DNA of 64,000 nt from Eledone cirrhosa (taxonomy: Eukaryota): positions 72,106,001 through 72,170,000 of the forward strand of contig OZ024740.1 of the NCBI GenBank assembly GCA_964016885.1. The letters are read 5' to 3'. The notes beneath the pieces were generated by a model. The model was not told where the DNA came from. It saw only the letters and a list, made by a program, of their open reading frames with translations, and did no database searches. The position numbers and the translations under genes were made by a program. Below, piece by piece: positions 52,431-62,805 of this stretch (its first letter is position 1; each line of letters opens with the position of its first letter).

Positions 52431-52639
52431 AATAACTTCATCTTTCAGCTCAAGTTAAAAATTGTTATCTATAAAAAAAAGTGCTATGGTTGGGCTATTA
52501 AGTTAGACATGGCCTGGGCCAATACTGGCCAAGACATATCAAAGTTATATCTATCTGTTATAATTGATTTCTTTTTCATCATTGTTGAAAATATATATAA
52601 TTGAAGCTTGTTTTTTTTTTTTTGTTTTGTTTTTTGTAG

Positions 52640-52746
52640 GGGTTAGCAAAGCAGACAGATCTAAGTATACGTCAGGTGGAAAGATGGTTCAGAGGCAGGC
52701 GGAAACTAGACAAACCAAGTGTACTGAAGAAGTTTGTGGAATCTGG
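52640..52746 (+). CDS. CERS: Ceramide synthase exon B (Hox-like domain helices 2-3)
   Basis: Long polypyrimidine tract plus tag acceptor, donor GG|gtaagg. Encodes [35 protein letters not shown](G), matching the CerS motif L-x-KQ-x-D-x-x-x-R-x-x-x-x-WFR-x-RR-x-x-DKP-x-x-L-x-KF-x-ES. Confidence 0.96.
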
Positions 52747-53823
52747 GTAAGGCTATTTATTCTTAACTTCAAAGATTAAAGCTAGACTAAGAGCAAAGAT
52801 TAAAGCTATTAAGCCCTTTTACTATCATATTTCTAAACAAAAACACTGCCTATAATTTTCAAATAAGTTTGAAAATAATCAAGAATTTGGAGGGATTTAA
52901 TAATATAAAACAAATTTTCTCATTTTCATCTGATATTTGGAGTATAACATAACAAAGGTTCTTAGATACAGTCTATATATTTTGATTCTGATGTGTGTTC
53001 CATCATAGTTGAAAAATATATGTATCCAGTGCACACACTGATTAACATTAGGAAGGACATCCAGCCAAAATAGCACATATAAGCAAAATATGGTCATCTG
53101 ACTTGTCTAATCTCAGAACACAATAACCTGTCTGATCCATGTAAGCATGGAAAATAGACATAAAACGGTGATGATAAACTCTTAGAACCAGAAGTGGATT
53201 CAGGCAGTTTGGTATCAAGAGTTAAACTACAGGACATTTTCTTGACTGTTAGTGGCTTCGTTAGGTGCAGTGCTTACTTCTATCTACAACTGTAGTAAAA
53301 TCGAGACATGACAACCTCTCTAGTGCTGATGCCATAATAAAATGAACCCAGTACACTCTGTAAAGCGGTTTGCATGAGAAAGCGCATCCACATGTAGAAA
53401 CAATGTCAAAAGTATAACATATTGAGCGAGACAAGGTCCCCTGGTTTGTTTAGGCAGACAGTAGCTTTGATTAAGTATTGACTTGGTTCGTAACACTCCA
53501 TCTAACCCAAATCAGCATGTAAAAATGTATGTAAAATAATGAACTAACTACCATTTGATATGAAGAGGAAATCTATAATGTATGAGTGTTTATTTCTAAT
53601 GAGACAAGACATGACAGATCTATAAATATCTTAACACAGTGGAGAACTGGCAGAATTGTTTGTGTCAAACAAAATACTTTCTAGTATTGGTTATGAACCT
53701 TTACATTCTGAATTCAAATCCTTTTCCAGTTAAATATATCTTTCATCCTTCTAGGGGTCAATAAAAAAAATATTGGATTTGAAATAATAATTATTTCTAG
53801 AAAGCTCTATATATCATCATTAT

Positions 53824-53869
<46 letters not shown>

Positions 53870-55200
53870 CTCCCCCCATTTTCTATGCTGGTTTAGGCTG
53901 GACAGGTTGTCACAGTTTGAGGCTAAACGGGTCAGGCTGATCTCATCTTGCTCATTTTATATTTAGCTTGGTTTCTACAGTTGAATACCCTCAATGCCAA
54001 TGATCTTAGAGTGAGTTATAAGTGCATTTTTTATGGCACCAAAATTACTACTTTACAGAGTGTACTAGGTCAACACTTCAGAAATTGTTACATGCTCTTC
54101 AGACTAACCCTATATTGTCTCCTAGAATTATAATAGAATATTAAGATGAAATGAAACATCAATGCATAGGCAGTGGATTTATAGTGTCAGATCAGATGCC
54201 TTGTGGTATCTGTTTTGGCACTTGGCATTCTGAATCAAAAATCCACCTAGAGATTAAAATCTCACTGATGGCCAGGGCTGATCACCTGACCATAGGACCA
54301 CAACTAATTATGAAAGCTGCAATAGGTGGAGGAGGATTGTGGTTATATGCTACTGTAGTGGAATGATGATGATACAGAGCTAATCCAACTAACCACATGT
54401 CCACAGCTGGTTATAAAAGCTGCAATTAATGGGCGTTGATTGTGGCCATCAGTTACTGCAGTCAAACAATAAGTACCAGTTTTCAAGCTGGTTGACTAAA
54501 ATAAATAGTTCAGTGACTTATCTAAAGTCTGACAGCTCATTCTTTAACCAAGCTTCAGTTTTCTATTTATGAACTGACTGTCTAAAATTAATGATACTGT
54601 AGTGAGTACTTTTAGTGTTGCAGTCACCAAGGCACACTCACTAGTGCTGGTGCCATGATAAAATGCTCCCAGTACACTCTTTAAAGTGGTGGTGGTGGTG
54701 CTGGTGGTATGATAAAATGCTCCAAGTACACACTGTAAACTGGTGCTGATAGAACTGAAGCCATATAAGGTTGAGAGGATCCTTTTAATCCCATTGAGGA
54801 CATAACATCCTCTCCAGTGCTGGTACCTTGAAAAAAAGCATGCAGTAGACTCTATAAACGTCTAGCACTAGGAGGGGCACCCAACTGTAGAATTCATGCC
54901 AAAATGTTCCATTTTCTCATGGGTTCTGCAGTTGGATGATGGAAATGAATGTGGATGGAAGTAGAAGAGGAAGACCAAGAAAGACATGGCAAAAGATGAT
55001 GTAAGAAAGCTAGGGGTTGGTGAGTGGGTGGGCAGATAATAGGGAAAAATGAAGCCTGTTGTGGGAGACCTTATGGCTAACCCTTAGTGTAGCAGGGAAA
55101 TGGCTTTAAAATATTTGTGGATGATGATGATGTAGTAAAATAATTCTACTTTAAAAAAACTCAATTTTTGCTTACCTTTTTCCTTTCTATTTGGTTTCAG

Positions 55201-55258
55201 ATGGCGTTGTACATTTTATTCTGCAATATTCATTTATGGAATGGTGATGCTTTTGGAT
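55201..55258 (+). CDS. CERS: Ceramide synthase exon C (start of TLC domain)
   Basis: Acceptor ttggtttcag, donor GAT|gtaagt. 58 nt, in phase with exon B. Encodes WRCTFYSAIFIYGMVMLLD (CerS WR-x-x-FY...YG motif). Confidence 0.95.
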
Positions 55259-56041
55259 GTAAGTTGCTGTCATATTTCTTATAGTTCCTTTTGGTTTTAT
55301 TTTGTATTAAGAATTACTTTTAGCATAAATTCTACAAGAGATGAAGATATGTTGCCTATAGGTTAGAAGTTTTGGTTCGCCATTATCGGGTCATGGATTT
55401 GCTTCCCAGACTGGGTGGTGTATTGTATCCTTGAGCAAGACACCTCATTTTACATTGCTGCAGCCCAATCAGCTGACAAATGAGTATCAGCAGTAGTTGG
55501 AGATTAATCCTGCAATAGACAGGCTTCCCATCCAGGGTTAAGTGTTGTGCTCTCATTGAAACTGGGATAAGCTCTGATCTGATAAGCTCTGATCTCTAAG
55601 CTTCAAACAGGCTTTAACTTAGCTTCTTTTTATACAACTGAGCTTCTAGAGTTACATGTTAGTTACCAGCAGTAGCTGGAGATTAACCCTGCTAGGAAAT
55701 GGTGTCCTTTCCAAGGGCAGAGTGAGCCTAGTACTTTATTCACTTAATGCCAGTTAAACTGGGATAAGCCCTGACCTGATGTGCCTTTCGGTTATGCTGT
55801 TTTAACACATGGCTTTCAGGTATTTCATACTCTAGCTCTTCAATCTTTCACCCCATTATAGTTTATAGGCTTAACAGGCCCCTGATTGTCAACCTAGTCA
55901 ACTTTCTGAATAATGCAGCACTGCTTCTAGCCTTGAGATTAATGTTAACTTAAACTACAATAGAATAGATTTTGGTTTAACAATATATTTGTGACTGGCT
56001 ACAAATGTAACTATTTCACCTCTTCACCTCACCATTAAGTT

Positions 56042-56253
56042 AAATTTGAACCTCACTTTCCTATTAAGATAAGTTTGAACCTCACTTTCCTATTAAGATA
56101 AGTTTGAACCTCACTTTCCTATTAAGATAAGTTTGAACCTCACTTTCCTATTAAGATAAGTTTGAACTTCATTTCCCTATTAAGATCAGTTTGAACCTCA
56201 CCTAACTATTGTTCAAACTTATCTTAAGTGAAATGAGGTGCAAACATATCTTA
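56042..56253. repeat. 29-bp tandem array (about 5.5 copies) followed by about 1.5 inverted units
   Basis: Unit AAGTTTGAACCTCACTTTCCTATTAAGAT; inverted GTTCAAACTTATCTTAA at 56211. Confidence 0.9.
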
Positions 56254-56357
56254 ACAAGTGAAGTGGTGGTTATTGATGATACTTCATCTATGATTATTGA
56301 CACTTCAGTTATGTTTATTGATGATACCTCAACTATGTTGTATTTATCTCTTTGTAG

Positions 56358-56408
56358 AAAGTCTGGTTGTGGAAACCTGTTAACTGTTGGATTGGCTACC
56401 CACATCAT
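56358..56408 (+). CDS. CERS: Ceramide synthase exon D
   Basis: Acceptor ctctttgtag, donor CAT|gtaaga. 51 nt, phase 0-0. Encodes KVWLWKPVNCWIGYPHH (CerS W-x-W-x-x-x-x-CW-x-x-YP motif). As I recall, 58-nt and 51-nt exons also occur at this position in vertebrate CERS genes. Confidence 0.95.
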
Positions 56409-58856
56409 GTAAGATTACTTTATATTAAACTGTCTATTGAAAATTTATCAAATATTTATTTTTTACTTGCAATCAAAATATTTCAGTGAAATTTAAATAT
56501 ATGTAAGATAACAGCTGTAGGCATGGCTGTGTGGTTAAAGTGTTCACTTTCTAACCACATAGTTTTAAGTTCAGTCCCACTGTGTGGCACCTTGGGCAAG
56601 TGATTTCTACTATAGTTTTGGTTTGATAAATGTTGTGTGAGTGAAACTGTGTGGAAGCCCATTGTTTGTATATGTGTTTGTCTGTTTTTCTGTTTGTTTG
56701 CTGTTTGTTTATGCCCTCTAACTTAGTGGCTCGACAAATGAAGACTGATAAAATAAGTACCAGACTTGAAAGTAAATCAGTATTGGGTGTCAATATTTGT
56801 GATTAAATCCCTTCAAGGCAGTGTGCTAGGATGGCTGCTGTCAAATGACTGAAACCAGTAAAAGAATAAAAGAGCTTCTGAAAAAATTGGTAAAAGAAAT
56901 GGAAAAAAAAGCTGACTAAAGAAACTATTTTTCCATTGGTCTTTCCATTGCTAATATTGTCTGCCTGGTCATAACTTCTGACAGAAGGAGGCAAGATTTG
57001 AACTCAGAATGCGCAGAACTGGATGAGATATTGCAAAGCATCCTGTTCTACTCTAACTATTCTGTCACTCTGTCCCTGAATTGGTACATTATTTACCGAC
57101 CTCAAAAGGATAAAAATCAAAATTAACCTCAGCAGGATTTGAACTTGGAACACAAAGACGCAGAACAAATGCAAAAGTTCTAACAGCTCTGCCAATTCAC
57201 TGTTATGAAGATATTCACTGAAGCAAAGTATATACACAATGACTTTGATAGTTGTTTCAAGCTATTGCAATTAAATTTCTAAAAATGCCCAAGCTAAATT
57301 TAGAACAGATTCAACCAAAGTTATCTTTTAGATTAGTGAAGATGAATAAAGAATACATTTTTAGTTCTGTAACTGTCAGTACATTTACTAAATTCTTTGG
57401 AAATGAAAAAAAATTAATTTGTTTGTTTTTAAATATTTTCTTGAGGCTGCAGTTAGTGTGTATGTGTTTACATTTATGCCTGTGGTTATGTCCTGTAACT
57501 TAGCAATTCAACAAAAAGAAGTTGATAAAATAAGTACCAGACTTGAAACAATGAATCTGGGGTTGATAGGATCATCTAAATCCTTTCATAGTTGTGCCTC
57601 AGTATGGCTGCAGTCTAATGACTGAAACCAGTCAAAGAATAAATTGATTTGTTAGGGTTGTGAAATATTTATTAAAACACTCAATTATTTTCTCATCATT
57701 GCAACCTTACAATATTCTAAAAATATTATTCTAGCATTACTTAACATATGGATAGTTTTTGTAAAACTTAATGTGTCTAACAGATGTAGTTATCATTTGG
57801 CTGTTACAAAATAATTTTAACTCTTATCATCCTACATGAAACTACATTAGCAAGGTATTCTTGAAAAATATTAAACAGGACTATGACTGCATCGCATTAA
57901 AGTCCTTATACTAATATTGCAAATGTTCACAATGATCTACATGTCCACTAGTAAAGATATTATAGACATTTGAATTAACAAACACGTTTTTAAACATTTT
58001 CTGCAAAATCACTACAGGAATTTACAAGTGGATTAAAAACTACACATACACATTATTTTTAGCATTAAAATGTAAAATATTTACTTTAATACAAATTTTC
58101 AAAGATCTGTCCACAAGTTAAGATACTATAAACATTTGAATTCACAAACTCATGTTTAGATATTATCTGCTCAGTCACTACAGGATCATCATCATCATCA
58201 TCATCATCATACATCTGCTTTTCCCTGCTTGCAAGGGTAACTGAAAAAAAGAATCTCTCTCTAAATAGTTCAGATATGTAATAATTTGAATAATAATAAT
58301 CGATGGAATTTATATTTTGTTCTATTAGATAAGTTATGATACTGCTTGTGTTCACTGGATATCTTATTTCAGTTTCATTTGAATAAAAAGAAAAAAAAAT
58401 TGACATTTTCAGGGACTAGAATAGAAACATTTTAAAATATATAGTTGAAAATTGTTTTTCTATAATGAAATACTAAAATTACTGATTTGATATTATCGCT
58501 GAACATCCTGTAATGATTTAGAAAAAATTGACCAGTAGGTTTGTTAATCTAAATGTTTATTGCATCTTTCTAGTGGGCAGATCATTATAAAAAAATTGTT
58601 CAATGTGATACTGTCATAGTAATGTTTTGTACTGTTTTAGAATATCATACTAATGTGGTTTCATGTGGTACAGGATGTTAAGAATTTATTTGTAAGCTAG
58701 ATGCCATTCTGTGTGATACCAGTCCTGAATGACACCGATATATATATCTTTAAAGTATATATATCCTGTCCAATTTAGTCTCATCAATACTATGTACCCT
58801 CTGTGGAATGTGTTAAGCTGGTTTCTGATTCCATGTTGAAGTCTTTTAGTAATGAT

Positions 58857-59657
58857 TTAACCCTTTTGTTACCATATTTCTAATGAAAGAAACTGCCTAT
58901 GGTTTTCAATTAATTTTGAAAATAATCGAGAATTTGGAAAGATTTAGTAATATAACTTTCTCATTATTATAATTGTTTCTACTTTTGGCACAAGGCCAGC
59001 AATTACCCAGTGCATAATGGTACTTTATTTTATCGACCCCCGTAAGGATGAAAGGCAAAGTTAACCTCGGCGGGATTTGAACTCATTATTATAATGAAAG
59101 GCTTTTAGATAAATATAAACATTAACCCTTTTGTTACCATATTTGCAAGGAAAGACATAGCATATGATTTTCAAATCATTTAAAAAATAATCAGGTAATG
59201 ACCAAAAGAATATGATCACAAATACAAGCAGCCGAAATAGGGTTCCTTCGAAAGGATCTTGAGAGTAACATTACTCGATAGTGTGTAGCTCAGAGATCAG
59301 TCACTCCGGGTAGAGCCACTACTTCTCTGAATTGAGAGATTACAGTTCCAAAACTATATGAGTATGTGGTTAGAATGTGTTGGGAAAGAATTGCTGGCAG
59401 GAGACCCAATGGTAGACCCCGACCAAGTTAGTTGAATAACAACCATGAGCCTGGCTGGTTTCATTCTGGAATCCAGCTGGATCAGTTGCAGATGGTGGGC
59501 TTCTGACAGGACCCACTGGAAGGATTGTTTGAGAACTCTGCCCTCACCACCCTCTTGGGAATAAGTGGGCAAAGAAGGAAAAGAGGTTTTTAAATAAATA
59601 CACTTTAAAACAGAGAACCAGGGTCAGTTTCAAGTGGTTTGGTATAAAAAGGGTTAA
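58857..59657. mobile_element. Nested stack: two piggyBac-like MITE left ends, SINE, RTE fragment, MITE right end
   Basis: TTAACCCTTTTGTTACCATATTT at 58857 and about 59122, SINE at 58970-59085, RTE at 59195-59585, AAAGGGTTAA at about 59648-59657. Confidence 0.75.
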
Positions 59658-60883
59658 TCCCTTCTACACCAATTACCCGATGTGGGATATAGTTGGTTGA
59701 TCTCTGATGATTTCTTCTATGTTAAAGTCTTCTAGTATTAATCTAAAACAGTTTTATTGTATATGCTCCTAATGTTAAGCCAGAAAGAAATGTAGTCTTA
59801 GAAGTACAATGTTACCATTTTCCATCAGTCTTGTTTAGTTGCTACTTGTTAGGTGATGTAACGATAAGACAGTTGTATTTAACAAGTATTTTATTTATAC
59901 TACAGAAACAAGTATTTCCATGAATTGATAGTGAGTGAGCTGAGCCAAAAGTGAGAAAGGGGTGTGTTATATTCCTAACAGTAGTGAATACAAGACATAG
60001 CACATGCATAAACTGCAAATGTAAAGTAGTTCTATATATTATTACTACACTACGTTGAATGTGAAGTAGTTGGTGGGGGTCAGGTTCCTGTGAATAGAAT
60101 AACTTTCTTCTTGGGAGCTAAATAAGAGTAAACAAAGACTGCTTATCTGACTTGCAGGAACTTGATCCAGAAATTAAAGGTCCTTTCTCTGATCCAGGAT
60201 CACTTAGAGAGGAGTTTAAGGTTTAGGTAAGTGTTCACAAGACTTTTGTCTTGAGTTCAATAAATCAAATGTTCATCCTAACTCTTGGATTTCATTTAAT
60301 TCAAAATCAAGATAGAATGGTTTGGGTGTAAATTTTGTTACAAACAAATATCTTGATTCTTCTGGAAGAATCTGAGAATTCTGTAAGAGAAATTCAATAT
60401 GAAGGATTGCAGTCAAATCCTGTGCCCGAACAGTTAACATTAAAACTCTTTGTTATAGATGTAATTTCTAGTTGTCCAGCATGAACTAGGTTAGCAATTA
60501 ATGTGAAAGATCAAGCTGCATGATATTTCAGTGTATTTCAACCCAACATGAAAGTTGCTTGCAAAGATTATAGATCTCTAGTCATTAACAATATGTTCAA
60601 TAATTCATTGCTAAATTTTCGAATGTTTAACTAAAACAAAGTTCTTTATAAGGAAATTAGCAGCTATTATTGTTGCCGTGGTAACAATAAAATATTCATC
60701 TGTTAAGGGTTATTTTGAATGTGGAGATTTCATTTAGATGTTGTTTATCAGTGGTAAGTTGTAATGTTGTTAGCTTGGTTTGTAGAAACCTTGGAATGTT
60801 GATTTATGAGGTGTTTCAAATGGATGAAATAGACAAAGCTTGTAAAATAGAACTGAGCAAAACAAATGCAGAATAGAAAATAA

Positions 60884-60918
<35 letters not shown>

Positions 60919-61309
60919 TGCATAAAAAAAAACAAGGCAACAGTTCAATAATTGTATACCAATTAATGCTTAATAAAGATCTAACATTTCAGATGTTAGT
61001 CCTATATGTTTGTGTGTGTGTGTATCATGGTTTAATGCCTACTTTACCTGCTAGCAAGGGTTGGATGGGTCTACATAAGCGAGGCTTCTGACCTCCTAGA
61101 CAAGTCAAGGGGTCTGCATCTTGCTTATATATGTTCTATCAAGTGCACAGAAGTTGTCGTGTCTTTTGACACAAGCTGAAGTATCCTCCCAACTATATAT
61201 AAACCCATGCTAGCGTGGAAGATAGCTGTTAAACGATGATGATGATGATGGTAATAATAAATGTGAAGACTAAAATCTGAAGAGGGCTCGAGAAGGATTA
61301 TATATATAT

Positions 61310-61641
61310 GGAGGCACATGGCTCAGTGGTTAGAGCATTGGCCTTGCAATCGAAAGGTTGTGAGTTCAATTCTCAGACCGGGTGATGTTTCCTTGAGCAA
61401 GACACTTTATTTCACATTGCTCCAGTTTACTCAGCTGTAGAAATGAGATGATAGGGACCCCAGTCCCTATCATTCCACTGCAAAGTTGTCGTGGAGGTGC
61501 CATGACAAAAAAGCACCCAGCACTCACTGTAAATGAGGTTGGTGTTAGGAAGGGCATCCAGCTGTAGAAATCAAGCCAGAATCAGTTCCCGTCCCACCCT
61601 TGCAAGCAGGAAAAAGCGGACGTAAAATGAAATGATGATGA
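61310..61641 (+). mobile_element. Full-length tRNA-derived SINE with RTE-type 3' tail
   Basis: A box TGGCTCAGTGG, B box GAGTTCAATTC, internal hairpin, tail GGTTGGTGTTAGGAAGGGCATCCAGCTGTAGAAA...GGACGTAAAATGAAATGATGATG. Inserted in (TA)n. Confidence 0.9.
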
Positions 61642-61666
61642 TATATATATAAACCCGTAGAGCAAA

Positions 61667-61807
61667 TATTTATTATAAGAACAGATTAAAGTTTAAGCAG
61701 AGAATTGCTGCTTTCACCCGTAACAGATTTTTTTAATTTCAGAAGATCCCGTTATGGATGAAAGCAGCGATTCTCTGCTTAAACTTTAATCTGTTCTTAT
61801 AATAAAT
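61667..61807. repeat. Inverted repeat containing a CAGAAGA-core hammerhead-like motif (61735-61785, +)
   Basis: Arms about 61667-61724 and 61751-61807, followed by (TAAA)n and (TA)n. Same family as 27727-27786. Confidence 0.75.
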
Positions 61808-61821
61808 AAATAAATAAATAA

Positions 61822-61877
<56 letters not shown>

Positions 61878-62359
61878 ATTTTATATAAAGTGTTGAGACA
61901 TGTAGTTAAAATTATTTTAGGAAAGCCAGTCCAACCCAAGTTAGAGTGAAAACAGGATTAAATTAAGATGAAATAAAATATAAAAGCCTAAACTATTGTC
62001 TTGTCTTACTTTACTGCCATTCTTACTCCTTTATTTCTAACTTGCTTTGTACTGGCTTTCCTAAAACAATTTTTTTTAATTAAAGGTTTAATAAAAAATA
62101 GTTCCAAAACTTGTTATAAATTCAATATTTTTTAAATGTGTAAGAAGGGCATTAGGAAGGGTATCCAGCTGTTGAAACCAAGTCAGAAACAGTTCTGTGT
62201 GAACAAGACACGGTCATCTGATCTGACTTGTCTTGCAACGGGATAACCCATGCTAGCATGTTAAAATGGACATTAAATGGTGATGATGATGATTGAACGT
62301 TTATATTTTCTTCTGTTGTACTTGTGCTTTATATTAAAAATATTACATATAGTATATGT

Positions 62360-62805
62360 AATATTACACCTCTCCAAGACAATGTCACTGGACCGAGATC
62401 TTTGGCGATACACAGTAATACAGAAGACCCGCCTTGCCTAAGTACAAAGTGAAACCTACAGTCAGTAGGCACCTCTAACAAAATACACCCCGGCCCCACT
62501 ACCCCCACCCCTTCCAATTTAAAGTTATGTTGGTACCATAGCATCCAGTCCGAAACAAATGAGGGCGTGTAGGTGTCACGACAAAAAAACACAGTCCACG
62601 CTGTAATGTGGCCGTGTAGGTAACACGGTAAAAACCTCCCAGTCCACACTGTAAACGTGGTTGGTGTTAGGAAGGGCATCCATCCGTAGAAAACCCGCCA
62701 GACAGTCCTATACGAGCAAGACAACCAATCTTGCCTCAAGTGGGAAAATTCCCGTCCAAACCCATGCTAGCGTGGAAGATGGACGTTAAACGATGATGAT
62801 GATGA
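62360..62805 (+). mobile_element. RTE LINE extreme 3' end plus 3' UTR
   Basis: MSLDRDLWRYTVIQKTR-like ORF end, followed by a UTR ending GGTTGGTGTTAGGAAGGGCATCC...GGACGTTAAACGATGATGATG. Confidence 0.65.

Noticed and set aside
61277-61300. CTGAAGAGGG core half before the SINE
   Set aside because: No matching GAAA and stem III half found on either side of the SINE.
61310-61382. tRNA gene
   Set aside because: A and B boxes are present, but there is no closed acceptor stem and it runs directly into a SINE body and tail.
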